In this document: positions 40,455 through 53,960 of the stretch, in pieces
How the letters are laid out: the number at the start of each line of letters is the position of its first letter
Numbering within the stretch: the stretch's first letter is position 1
Assembly: GCA_951406725.2 (NCBI GenBank)
Contig: OX597821.1
Span: forward strand, 11,284,001 to 11,348,000
DNA length: 64,000 bases
Direction of reading: 5' to 3'
From: Octopus vulgaris
Taxonomy: Eukaryota
Notes under the pieces: generated by a model
The model's database searches: none
What the model was told of the DNA's origin: nothing
Seen by the model: only the letters and a program-made list of their open reading frames with translations
Translations under genes and position numbers: made by a program

Positions 40455-41480
40455 ATAAATATTATAAATAAATTTACAGGGAAAAATCAGATTTAGGATT
40501 AAATCCAATTTTATAGTAAAATATTATAAAATATTATTAGAGACAAAACCACTATTTTGCAAAACAAACAAGGAAAGACTTAATCAATACATAAAATTTT
40601 AATAAATAGTCAAAAAAACCGCCACTACAATTGTTTCTTGTCTTGATCGACAATCTTCAGGTGGACTTCCAATCTAAAATATCAATATTTTAAAATATAA
40701 AAATAATAATTTTAAAATAATTAAAGTATGAATGAAAAAATATAAATATATAATCCATATATAACCTATATATAATCCATATATAATATTTATTATATAT
40801 ATATATATATAATAAATATTAGGGAATAAATCCAAACTTACAGGGAAAGATCAGATTTGGGATTGAATCCAATTTTATAGTAAAATATTATATTATATTA
40901 AATTAGAGACAAAACCACTATTAGGCAAATCATACAATGAAAAACTTTTGTTATATATTTAAATAATATAAATTAAATAATCTTATGTATTAGCTTAAGT
41001 TTTTCATTGTATGATTTGCCTAATAGTGGTTTTGTCTCTAATTTAATATAATATATATATATGGTGATATATATATATTAATACGAAAAAACCCTCCAGG
41101 CTACATCCCGAAAATTCATTTCTTTGCCGAATTTCTACAATGTTTACGGCGATTCGTTTTTATATCTCGATGTTTTATTTTTCATGCAATTTACGCATGC
41201 TTGCATGCGTGGTGAACACAGTTCACGTCAAACAGCTGACTGAGTAAAGTTCACTATTCAATGCATGGAATAAGGCCTAAAGAAACACATTATCGATTTT
41301 TGCTCTTGCGAGATGAATTTCGGAACAGAAATAGCGCAGTACAATTTTCATTCGCCTAAACTTTAAGTGACCCATTTTTGGTGGTTCTACGATTTTTGGC
41401 TAGGAGATGTGCCGGGAAGTTAAACATACAGACACATAGATACACACACAGACACACAAGTTGAGTTTTATATATATAGA
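40137..41480 (-). mobile_element. Helitron-like element(s) interrupted by mini-Penelope insertions
   Basis: 5' TCTATATATATAAAA at 41480. 3' gcaatgccgggcgatactgCTAG at 40137, identical to the end of 58769-59165. The two ends may belong to different copies. Confidence 0.55.
40622..40664 (-). ncRNA. Minimal type I hammerhead ribozyme
   Basis: CCAC CUGAAGA UUGUC-gaucaa-GACAA GAAAC AAUU GUA GUGG: intact core, stems I and II, palindromic stem-loop III. Confidence 0.8.
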
Positions 41481-41486
41481 TATATA

Positions 41487-41584
<98 letters not shown>

Positions 41585-41661
41585 ATTACATATATATATA
41601 TATATATATATATATTACATATATACTTATATATATACACATATATACATGAATATATACA

Positions 41662-42342
41662 TGTGATCATCTCATTGACCATGACAGGGGAAGTTGAGCA
41701 GAGAATCTGCATCAAATTTTGCTAATAACTTCACGATACCTGCTCAAAGGCGTACGTAAAGTTTTCAAAATATTTTCATCGTTCTCGACACAATCAAGGA
41801 TGTCCTTGTGCAACTGAAACCCGAGTGCCTTTTGGTCAGCTGAATGCAGTTTTTGTACAAACTTGGTAGACATGCGTCTCATACCCAAATCATCAGTGAA
41901 AATGGGCTGAACTGAACTGTAACTAATCTGCACATCATCTGATAACTCAGAGATGGTGATTCGACGATTTCCCCTCTCATCTGCACGCACATCTTCGATG
42001 TTTTCTGTTTTGCTTGTTGCAGGTCTCCCAGAACGTTCGTCAATATCGACATTTTTCGGCCATTTTGGAAACGTCTGAACCACTCTTATACCACCTCCTC
42101 TCCATACACTTTCTAAGCAGATATCACCATGACAACTTTCTCTGTCGTGGTCAATGCGACGATCATACGTTTCATAAGTTACTTCGAAGCACTGCTGTAA
42201 ACGGCGGAAGTACGCTAGAACGTTAAAACTTAGTGCGCATGCATAGCAAAGTTCACTGTCACTTTTTGCTATGCAGCTTTACTCTGCGTGCTTTAGCTTC
42301 GTTTTTATGGCAACAGTTCGGATACTTATTGATCAAACCTCG
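41662..42342 (-). mobile_element. Mariner-derived element with N-terminal transposase remnant and inverted 5' duplication
   Basis: TA|CGAGGTTTGATCAATAAGTATCC TIR; DERSGRP..NRRITISEL..DDLGMRRMSTKFV..CVENDENILKT. Confidence 0.85.
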
Positions 42343-44152
42343 TACACAAAAAAAAATTATTGATAAATTCGTTAGACGAATTCATGTGTGGGGAATGCAT
42401 GCAATTTATGCCCCAATTTCAAAGATCTACAGTTTGAAAATTATATATGATAGCAAACCCGATACTACATTAATATATTTCATCAGCTCTTGCCTAAATA
42501 ATGTGTAGTCTACTTCAGATAATCCAGTTCTCGTCTTACAAACATTCCACCACCCAATCCTGAGTGTTGGTTTCTTGCATTTTCGGTTTTTGTTATTATT
42601 CAATTGCCAGAAAGTACCTAATTCTCAGTACATCCACTGAGGCTGGTAAACAGTGGTAGAATAGTACTTTACAGTATGAGGGCTGCTCAAGTTGAGGGGA
42701 AGTAGAATTGCAATGAAGTTAAAAAGGCTTCTCCCACCGACGTAGACTATTCTGTCGTCTCCCTCTACGCCACAGTACCTGGTGACTTATAATTGATAAT
42801 GGCTGTTTTCCCTATTTATCCGTTGTTGGAATTCTTCCATCAATTTCTTAACGTGTACAAATCTATAGACAAACTAATTTGTCAAAGCTTCGGCATTCCA
42901 TATCTCTCTCTCTCCCTCTTCCTCTCTCTTCCTCTCTCTTTCACTCTCTCAGCCTTGATAGTAATTTCCAAAGTATAGCTAAAGTCTATACGCTTGGAAT
43001 AAACTGAACTTGACTGCAGTTGCTGGCAAATATGTTTGTGCACAACTGTTGACTACCTATGAATCTCCAGGCTTTTAGCTGCTAATTCTGCCAAACCAAA
43101 GTCAACCACAGAACTGTGATACCATTTCACACATAGTATCCTAGGAAATTTTCACACGCTGATGACTCTCGCTAGACTATCTCCAGTGACATCACCCTGC
43201 CGAGTCTCTAGCCACCGTTTGTCACTAATAGTAGGGTGTCATTCTAGAGATGCGATGTCCTGACGAGGAAAGCCTTAAACATTCGACTGTCCCTTTCATA
43301 TTGCAGCTAAACAACAGTGGAACGTAAAATGCAAGATGGTGGCAAGTACACAGTTCAACTTGCTAACACACTAGACACGTCACAACCACCAACTTTGCGT
43401 GCATGAACATGTGCAAAATTAAGTTACAGTTCCAACGAAACTACTGAGAATTAAAATATAGATTTCTATAGTAGTTTACTTTAACTTTGTAGAGTATCAT
43501 ATTATTCAAAACAAATAATGATTATGTGCTTGGATTTAGCAAAGCTAACCTTGTTAACAAGAAGATAAAACTTCTGATAGTGATAGTTATGCATAACAAT
43601 CATTTCCGGTAGACTTTGAGAAGCATTAATTCAATTCACGATAGGATTTACAATTGTACATTCAGCTTGTTTAAATGCAACTACCATTTCAAATACTTCT
43701 TACAATTATAAGCTAGAGAAATTTAATGCAATCTAGCCCTACTTTCGTAATAAGATTAATAAGATTAGTATAACACTATGCCGAGTGTTTGCAGGTTAAC
43801 ATTTCGATGCACATAATGTTGATATTGTAATTTAAATTTCTTAATTTTAGCTTTAGTACAGTGTTTGCCGTTGAAATTTAATGAAATTTATTCTCATTTA
43901 TACAATATCCCATCTCACTTCAATCAAAATAGATCTTTTCTCATGCCTGGAACAATGTACGGTCCGCAAAATGCACAAAATTTAAAAGAAAGGAAAAGGA
44001 AAAGTTTTACTTGATACCATAGAAATAACTATCATCGTAAAATTTGCTTCGTGCTAGTAAAATGATCAAGTATTCTTCAGTTGCACCCTAGATTGAGACG
44101 AAGATTTGCAAACTTTGCTTGCTATCATTTAGAGAGTTTAGTGTTCTTTCCT

Positions 44153-44750
44153 ATTCTTTTCTACTCTAGGCACAAGGCCCGAAATTTGGTGGAAGGGTAT
44201 AGCCGATTAGATCGATCCCAGTACGCAACTGGTTCTTAATTTATCGACCCCAAAAGGATGAAAGGCAAAGTCGACCTCGACGAAATTTGAACTCAGAACA
44301 TAAAGACAGACGAAATATCGCTAAGCATTTCGCACGGCATGCTGACGTTTCTTATTTCTTTATTGCCAGCAAGGGGCTAAACACAGAGGGGACAACAAAG
44401 GACAGGCAAAGGGATTAAGTCAATTACATCGACCCCAGTGTGTAACTGGTATTGAATTTATCGATCCCGAGAGGATGAAAAGCAAAGTCGACCTCGGCGA
44501 AATTTGAACTCAGAACGGCAGACAGAATACCTATTTCTTTACTACCCACAAGGGGCTAAACACAGAGACGACAAACGGATTAAGTCGATTATATCGACCC
44601 CAGTGCGTAACTGGTACTTATTTAATCGACCCCGAAAGGATGAAAGGCAAAGTCGACCTCGGCGGAATTTGAACTGCGAACGTAGCGGCAGCCGAAATAC
44701 TACTAAGCATTTCGCCCGGCGTGCTGACGTTTCTGCCAGCTCACCGCCTT
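44153..44750 (-). mobile_element. SINE family 2 trimer
   Basis: One head, two tail-B units and a terminal tail-A unit. Confidence 0.9.
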
Positions 44751-45118
44751 TAAAAATAGTCTAATGCTGCCAAAGTTTATATATTGGTGCAAGGATAGAC
44801 AGATAGGCAGACAGACATACAGACAGGTTGACAGAGAGACAGATGGAACGATAGACAGACGGACGGACGGATGGACGGACGAACGGGCGGATAGACCGAC
44901 GGATAACTAGACGTAAGGAAGAGTGTGCTGTATTAAAAATGAAATGAAATATGCGCTGGAAGTCGATACCACTGATTGAAGTTCTATATAGCGGTGGCCC
45001 TAAATGGTTGCAGTGCAATGAATGATACCAGTATATCAGACACTTGACGTGTGTGCGTGTACGCAAGGACACACATGCACACATTTATATGCATATATAT
45101 GTGTGTGCGCTCGTGTAT

Positions 45119-45218
45119 NNNNNNNNNNNNNNNNNNNNNNNNNNNNNNNNNNNNNNNNNNNNNNNNNNNNNNNNNNNNNNNNNNNNNNNNNNNNNNNNNN
45201 NNNNNNNNNNNNNNNNNN
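45119..45218. other. Assembly gap (100 N)
   Basis: Run of N. Confidence 1.
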
Positions 45219-45329
45219 ATGAGTCTATTGATATCGATTTCATTGATCTAGACGTAGGATATAAATTAATCCCCGTCTATTTTTATCTATTTACCGAAAA
45301 AAATATTCTATATAAGAAATTATTACTGT

Positions 45330-46040
45330 TAGGCTGCGAGCTAGAAGAATCGTTAGCGCATCTGTAAAATGCTAAGTGACTTTTCATCCGTTTCTTTACA
45401 TTCTGCGTTCAAATTCCACCGAGATCAACTTTGCCTTTTATCCCTCCGGTGTTGATAAAGGCATCTACTGAATCACACACTATACCAGAGCTAGAAAAAA
45501 TTGTATAATCAGGTGTAGAATCATCAGTGCTTAAAAAGCAAAAAAAAATCGCAGATATTTTTTCCGGCTCTGTTTTGAGTTCAAATCCCGCCGCGTCTAC
45601 TTTGCTTTTCATCCTTTCAGGATTGGTAAAGTAAAGTAGGTCAAGTAGAGAGGACGATTGTATGGATTGACTTTTCTCCTCAAAACTGCTGGCTATGAGT
45701 TTGAATAAGAAACACTTGTTGTTCACGTTGAAAGGCAGAATTGGCTAAGGTTTTTTATCCGGTTCTTTGCATTTTGAGTTCAAATCCCGTTGTGGTCAAC
45801 TTTCCTCCCATACTTCCAGAACCGATAAAATAATTTTTCCTTCTCTAGCCACAAGGCCCGAAATTTTGGGAGAATAAGCCAATCGATTAGATCGACCCCA
45901 GTACGCATCTGGTTCTTAATTCATCGACACCGAAGGGATGAAAGGCAAAGTCGACCTCGGTGGAATTTGAACTCAGAACGAAAGACAGACGAAATACTGC
46001 TATGCATTTCGCCCGGCGTACTAATGATTCTGCAAGCTCT
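45330..46040. mobile_element. Cluster of SINE family 2 copies in both orientations
   Basis: Repeated gagttcaaat..gtcaactttgc motifs; 45835-46040 is a minus-strand copy. Confidence 0.7.
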
Positions 46041-46159
46041 AAGTACTTTGTGAAAGATACTACGCTAACATCATTTACCATGTATCCCATGAAGTACTAT
46101 GTATTTTGTTCCAGGATATGCAGGCCAATAACAACTAAATTATATGTCGCCAATAGCTA

Positions 46160-46650
46160 TATGTCATTATTCAGTTTTATTCCAAGATCTTCCTAATGGA
46201 GAGAGCCAGATTCTAACCTAGATCCAAGGCTGTTTCATTGGAATTTGAACATCAACAGTGTATGTATGTATGTATGTATGTATGTATGTATGTATGTATG
46301 TATGTATGTATGTCATTACTCAGTTTTATTTCAAGATCTTTTGTCAACAGAGAAAGAGCCGGTTTGTAACCTAGATCCAATGCCCCTTCATTGGAATTTC
46401 AACATCAACAACAGAGTATGTATGTCATTACTCAGTTTATTTCAAGATTTCTTGCCAATAGAGAAAGAACCATCAGGTACTTGGTTGATATTTCCTATTC
46501 CGGGACTGCAAACACATGTGTATGTATGTATGTTTGTATGTATGTATGTCATTATTCAGTTTATTGCAAGATTTTTAGCCAATAGAGAAAGAACCGGTTT
46601 CTAACCTAGATCCAAGGCCCCCTCATAGAAATTTTCAACGTCAGCAACAG
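46160..46650 (-). repeat. Four stacked 3'-end units separated by (TATG)n
   Basis: gtcattattcagttttattycaagat..agagaaagarccggttt.taacctagatccaa repeated; one unit is truncated. Confidence 0.8.
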
Positions 46651-46660
46651 GATATATTTG

Positions 46661-46693
<33 letters not shown>

Positions 46694-46739
46694 GCAGATT
46701 TGTATGTTTTATATATGTATTTTCATGCATATAGTTGCA

Positions 46740-47350
46740 TGTCTTGACATGCTCATATATATTTAAATGATAAACTTCTGAAAGTTTTACAGATTTTTAC
46801 AGTTCCAGTGATTGATTGGATCTGTAGTCTTCGAATTAGCTTTCTCCTTTCTGGTTTTGGGAAGCATAAATATTGGTATTTAGGTAGAGTGCTACATATC
46901 CCAGGGTCCCAATAATTACAGGTATAAACCTGAACTTGTAATCTGTATAGAGTAACTGCAAATTTCTCAAAAGTTCATCATATTGGAAATCTTTTTCTCT
47001 GAACTATAGCTTTATGTTAATATCCGCTGGGCAGCTAATTTCAACAACTGTGTAGTTTCTCTTCTCTTTCCCAGGTCTTTTGTGCTTACATTTTATTGAG
47101 TATTCCTTTTTCTTATGAGTCACTATGACCTCTATCATATTGTGGGTTCATATTTTTACGTCCTTGGGATTATCCTTCCGACGGATTTCATTATAGAATA
47201 ACCTAGCTACAACATCATGTCTCATCGCTAGATATTACCGTGATGACAATTTTGGACAACTGCTTATGATGTGGATGATATCTTCAGTGTAAACCCCACA
47301 AAGTCTGCATCGGTTGTCACATTTTACTGCTTTTCCTGCATCTCTAAACC
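46740..47350 (-). mobile_element. R4/Dong-like non-LTR retrotransposon C-terminal fragment (CCHC + restriction-like endonuclease)
   Basis: Minus strand reads CRLCGVYTEDIIHIISSCPKL..RHDVVA..VVEISCPADINI..RFIPVIIGTLG..KICKTFQKFII*, with stops and deletions. Confidence 0.75.
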
Positions 47351-47639
47351 TTTAGTGCAATGTATGTATGCATGTGAACAGTGGTAAGGGCAAATAAATC
47401 AGAGTTTCTCTTATCTTTATGGACAAAAAGAAAACGTAAGTAACATTTCTGATGAATTCTTGAGGAATGCAACAATTCTAGTGCCGCAAGACTTATTAAA
47501 TGAAATTATAAACATCTACTTAATCAAATCAACGTACTACTTCACTTTTGGTTCCTTTCGCTTCTAGCAGAAACTCCATCAAAAATCATGTGTTAATGTA
47601 CACGTGCGTGTGTGTATGTGTATATTCTTTAAATCTTTT

Positions 47640-47821
47640 ATTCTTTCACTTACTGCAGTCATTAAACTGCGGCCGTGCTGGAGCACCACCTTAAATCGAC
47701 TCCAGTAATTACTTTTCATTTTTAAGCCTGGCGCTTACTCCATTTGTTTCTTTAGCCGAACCGCCAGCGTACGGAGACGTAAATACTGGTTGCCAAGTGG
47801 TGGTGGGTCACGCACACACGT

Positions 47822-47852
<31 letters not shown>

Positions 47853-48065
47853 CACACACACACACAAGCACACACACACAAAACACACACACACACACAC
47901 ACGACATACACGATTGGCTTCTTTCACATTCTGTCTACCAAATCCACTCACAGGATTTCAATCATCCCATGGTTAAAGTAGAAGACACCTGCTCAAAGTG
48001 CCTCGCAGTACTGAACACTGACCCGTTTGGTTGGGAAGCAAATTACTTGCCACACAGTCACTATT
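47640..48065 (-). mobile_element. SINE family 1, diverged
   Basis: Same motif order as 38324-38726. Confidence 0.8.
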
Positions 48066-48230
48066 CGTCTATTTGTATGTCTCTTACCTTTTATCGTCTT
48101 TCTTCTACTTGTCTCTGCCATTAGACTGCGGCCGGCCATGCTGGGGCACCACCTGGAAGAACTTTAGTCGAACGAATCCAGCCAGTAATTATTTCTTTGT
48201 AGGCCTGGTACACAGTCTATTTGTTACGTA

Positions 48231-48292
<62 letters not shown>

Positions 48293-48689
48293 ACGGACGT
48301 ACCGCAAGGTAGGCAGAACCTACCCTGAATAAAATAGATCGATAGTAACATTTTCCTTTTATGGAAAAATATGCACCAAATTCAATAAAATTATGACGGT
48401 CATTCTAACTACTATGCATGAAATGCATTTTTTTAAATTGTAGAATAGGTAAGCATAATTCGCTCCTGCCTTTCAATCTCAGTATTTAAGCTACGCATAG
48501 TATTGCTGTAGCACACTTGCTGCGTGCATTCCTACCACAACGTTTTCTATACGTGCTATAAAGGCCGAATTAAATCTGTCCTCAACTCAGTCACGCGGAT
48601 GTGTTTCATTTATTTATTTTTGTACTACATAAACGTCACCAACTACCTACCCTAAGTAATTACTGACGGCACGTACCTGATATATGGTG

Positions 48690-49225
48690 GCAGCCCCCTC
48701 TTTATCGAGTATGGCCATTGCACGAAGCTTAATCAATGTTGTTATCGTGCAATGCCTGTGCAAGAAGATTTCTTTTAAAGAGAGGAAAGGCTGTGCACAG
48801 GTCAATCCCACTCACTAAGCAACAGCAGCCATTCCGAAAAGAAGAACAAGTCAACATCATCAGTAACCACTGACTGGAGTTATCCCAGTTACCTGAGTTA
48901 CCTTCTCCTAGAAGGATGCCCCAACAAAGGCTAGGAGTCCTTCACTCCCAGTGGTTTAACCGCGCGATCGGGTATGCAGTCCGATTATTTCTATGTCCCC
49001 GATGCATGATACAGCATTAAGGCATTTATTGGATGACCGTTGACTCTCAAGAGTTCCTCCGCCCTTTGACGGGTTTTGTTTTTCATCCCGCAGGGTGTCC
49101 AATAAACACCCTCCTCTGCTTAAGCAAACTTGGTAGGGTTACCAATTTAGTAGCGGATGAACCGACCATGCAACCGGTTGTACTGGGTTACATGTTACCA
49201 GTAGCACTCAAAAACGTGACCTGAC
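48690..49225. mobile_element. Unclassified GC-richer interspersed repeat, probably a retroelement UTR
   Basis: Composition shift with no credible ORF or splice pattern; class is a guess. Confidence 0.3.
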
Positions 49226-49274
49226 CATAACTTAGATCTGATATATACATACATACATACACACACACACACAT

Positions 49275-49319
<45 letters not shown>

Positions 49320-49386
49320 GGTCCCGGGTTGATTCGGGGTTAACCACAGTAAGTAAGGTACTCAATACATAGCAGAGTAAAATTAA

Positions 49387-50253
49387 TTTATTATATAGAA
49401 GGAGCTTCTACAGGACTAGTACTGTTTCATTCAAGAGAAATCTTCAGGAAGCTATTTAACAAGAATTGTATTAGCATTTATACATTTAGGCAGGTTTAAA
49501 GGAGTGGTGGTGGGGGACTTTTTGGGGGTAGGCATAGCGCAAAATATCATACTTGGGGGAGTGGTCAAGGAGTCAGTGGTAAGTTAGATGAAAGAATAGA
49601 TAAATAAAAAAATAAAAAAATAAAAAAATATAAAAAATAAAAAGTAAAAAATAAAAGAATAAAATAAAATAAAATAAAAAAATAAAAAAATAAAAAAATA
49701 AAAAATATATATAAAAAAAATATATATATATAAAAAATATATATATACAAAAATATATATATAAAAAAAAAAAAAAAAAAAAGGGGGGATAGAGTTATAG
49801 GTAAATAAGGAGATTCTCACTTATACCTATACACACATGTATACGTATCTACACACACATACATACATACACACACATATACATATATACATATATATAC
49901 ATACATATACATACCTACACGTACATACCTACACGTACACTCCCCAAATTGTATGCATAAGAAGTATGCGAACTACAAGAACTATAGACCTACCCGGCAA
50001 CCTGATTGATGACAACCCCCCCTACAACCCCCCCCCTACAACCCCCCCCCCCAACCCCACTGTTCCCCTAGCACCCCCGATTACCTTTTCTCCTAAGACC
50101 TTTCACATATTATATGTGCACGCTTGTATATGTGTATCGTATGTATGTATGTATATTTGTATAGAAATGCATGGGTACAGTAGGAATATACGCATGTATT
50201 ATGTGTGTGTGTGTGTATGTATGCATGTAAAAAAGTATATATGTATATATATT

Positions 50254-50308
<55 letters not shown>

Positions 50309-50681
50309 GCTTGTATGTGTGTGTGTGTGTATATGTGTATACGTGTTTGTATGTATATGTGTATATATGTATATGCATATGTATGTGTAAATGTATGTGC
50401 TTATGTATGTGTATGTATGTATAAAATATTATATAATTAGGGATTAGGAAAATAAAATAAATTACTTTGCCACATACTAAACTTTCTAGAAATAGCAGCC
50501 AATAAAGTCTTTTAGCCTCTTCCACTACTTAGAGAATTTTTTCCCTCTAACATTGTTTACTCAAAAAAATAATAATGGTCCCTTTACATACTGAACACTT
50601 GATGAAATTGATTAATAACTAATTAACTTTACCCTCCCTTGTTGACATATATATACATATGTATGTGTGTACGTGTATGTG

Positions 50682-50718
<37 letters not shown>

Positions 50719-50982
50719 GTGTGTGTATGTGTGTATGTATGTATGTATTTGTATATATGTGTGTGTGTATATGTATGTGTGCGCGTGTGTGTGTATGTAT
50801 GTGTATACTTGTATATGTATATGCATGAATGTATATATATGTGTGTGTATATGTGTATTATGTATGTATTTATATTGATATGTAGTTTATACATATATAT
50901 GTATGTATATGCATCTGTCTGGGTGTGTGTATGTGTATATATGTGTATCATTTTTGCGTATGTATACATGTATATGTGTGTA

Positions 50983-51037
<55 letters not shown>

Positions 51038-51238
51038 ATGTATATGTATATGTATATATATGCATACGTATGTGTATGTACATGTATGTATGTATGTGTG
51101 TATATGTATATATGTTTATATATGTGAGTATGTAGTGATATAAGTATATGCATGTGTATGTATGGGTATGTGTATCAGTGTATATGTATATATGTATGTG
51201 TGTGTGTATGTATATGTATGTATGTGTGTATATATGTA

Positions 51239-51285
<47 letters not shown>

Positions 51286-51675
51286 ATATATGTGTGTATG
51301 TATGTGTATGTGTATGTATGCGTATGTGTATCTATGTATGTATATATATATGTATATATATATGTATATATGTGTATATATATATATATATATATGAGTG
51401 CGTGTGTGTATGTATGCATATATGTATGTATGCATGTATATGTGTATGTATATATATGTGTGTAAGTGTGTGCATATATGTATTTGTAAGTATGTGTGCG
51501 CGTATGAGTATGTATGTATGCTTGCACACGTGTATATATATGTGTGTGTGTGTATATATATGGATGCGCGTGCGTGTGTGCACGTGTATGGGTACGCATG
51601 TATATGTGTATGTGCGTGTATGCGTATACGTGTATGTATGTATGTGTGTGCGTGGATTTGTATATGTATGTGTGA

Positions 51676-51712
<37 letters not shown>

Positions 51713-52951
51713 TATATATAGATGGGTGTGTGTATGCGTATAAATGCATGTAAGTAGGGATGTATGGATGTATGTATGTATGTATACGTATGTATGTGTG
51801 TATGTGTGTATGTATATATATATGTGTGTATATATGTTTGTGTATGTATATATATGTGTATGTATGTGTGTGTGTATGTATGTGTGTATGTGTATGTATG
51901 TGTATATATGTATATATATATATATATATGTATATATATGTATGCATGTATATATATATATATATATATATAGGTATGTATCTGTATGTAGGAGTATATA
52001 TGTGTGTGTGTGTATGTATATGCGGGTATATATATATATATATATATATGTATATTTATTGGTGTATATGTATAGTCTAGCCTCCTAAAGTGTAGACACG
52101 AATCTGTAGGTACGAGTACGTATGTGTATATACGTGAACGTATGTAGATGTTTGTATGTATGAATATAACGCGTGCGTACGTGTATGTGTATGAGTGTAC
52201 GAATGGGTGAATGTACGTGCTAATGAGTGTGCGTGCGGGAATGAGTACTTGCCTTCTAGTAGACAGACAAATGGACTGCAGCCACTGCCAGGATTCTTAG
52301 CCCTAGCGATCAAAGATAACAAAAGTAATAAATGAAGATAAATAAATTAAAATTAGGGAATGGGCCTGTATTGGATTGTATATATATATTTGTATATGTA
52401 TATTTGTATGTATGTATGTGTGTATGTGTAGGTATGTATATGTATGTATATATATGTATATATGTATATGTGTGTGTATGTATGTATGTGTGTGTAGATA
52501 CGTATACATGTGTGTATAGGTATAAGTGAGAATCTCCTTATTTACCTATAACTCTATCCCCCCTTTTTTTTATATATATATTTTTGTATATATATATTTT
52601 ATATATATATATTTTTTTTATATATATTTTTTATATTTTTTATTTTTTTATTTTTTTATTTTATTTTATTTTATTTTATTTTATTTTTTACTTTTTATTT
52701 TTTATATTTTTTTATTTTTTTATTTTATTATTTTTTTATTTATCTATTCTTTCATCTAACTTACCACTGACTCCTTGACCACTCCCCCAAGTATGATATT
52801 TTGCGCTATGCCTACCCCCAAAAAGTCCCCCACCACCACTCCTTTAAACCTGCCTAAATGTATAAATGCTAATACAATTCTTGTTAAATAGCTTCCTGAA
52901 GATTTCTCTTGAATGAAACAGTACTAGTCCTGTAGAAGCTCCTTCTATATA

Positions 52952-52957
<6 letters not shown>
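49387..52957. mobile_element. Penelope-type element bounded by ~530-bp inverted repeats, each with a hammerhead
   Basis: 49387-49920 is the near-exact reverse complement of 52426-52957; the interior is low-complexity. Confidence 0.7.
52890..52940 (+). ncRNA. Type I hammerhead ribozyme (identical copy at 49403-49453, minus)
   Basis: AGCUUC CUGAAGA u-UUC-ucuu-GAA-u GAAAC AGuacuagucCU GUA GAAGCU. Confidence 0.8.
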
Positions 52958-52988
<31 letters not shown>

Positions 52989-53352
52989 GTTTACAAAATC
53001 CGATGCACATTTACATACACATACATACATATACGTATATATACTCATATATATGTCCACACACACATATATATATATATGTGTGTGTGTGTGTGTATAT
53101 ATATACACACACACATTTATAAACATATATGTGCTTATGTATGCAGATGCATGCGCCCATATGCACCCAGATTTTTATCAGCACCCAACCATCGCACACA
53201 TACATACAATACATACGTACATGCATGCATACATATATTCACACATACATACATACATATAGACGTACATACATACAAAACACATTCATATACATACACA
53301 TATACATACAAGCATGAATACACACATACATACGTACATGCATACATACCTA

Positions 53353-53576
53353 TTCCTTTATTACCCACAAGGGGCTAAACACAGAGAGGACAAACAAGGA
53401 CAGACATAGGTATTAAGTCGATTACATCGACCCCAGTGCGTAACTGGTACTTAATTTATCGACCCCGAAAGGACGAAAGGCAAAGTCGACCTCGGCGGAA
53501 TTTGAACTCACAACGTAACGCAGACGAAATACCGCTAAGCATTTCGCCCGGCGCGCTAACGTTTCTGCCAGCTCGT
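53353..53576 (-). mobile_element. SINE family 2 copy
   Basis: Matches 3749-3975. Confidence 0.9.
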
Positions 53577-53794
53577 TTCTGCATACATACATACATACAT
53601 TCACATACATACATATTATTTATCTCGTCTTGATTGATGACATTAAACTGCTTGCTGACTGTCTCAGGGATTCCTACAAAGTTGTCTAGCGTCACTTCTG
53701 ACATCTCCGTCTAGACGTGGACGCGTGTTTGCATAAGGAAGTTTGTCAATAAGCTTAACTAACTAATATTTGGAATGAATCACCAGAAATACTT

Positions 53795-53885
53795 GCAGCA
53801 GCAGCAACAGCAGCAGCAGGGAGGAGGAACAGGAGGGGGGAGGGGAGGAAGAGGCGGAGGAGGAGATGATTACGAAGAAGAAGAC

Positions 53886-53960
<75 letters not shown>

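Noticed and set aside
50619-51947. 442-aa HTYI-rich ORF and overlapping ORFs
   Set aside because: Degenerate (TA/TG/CA)n repeats that lack stop codons by composition.
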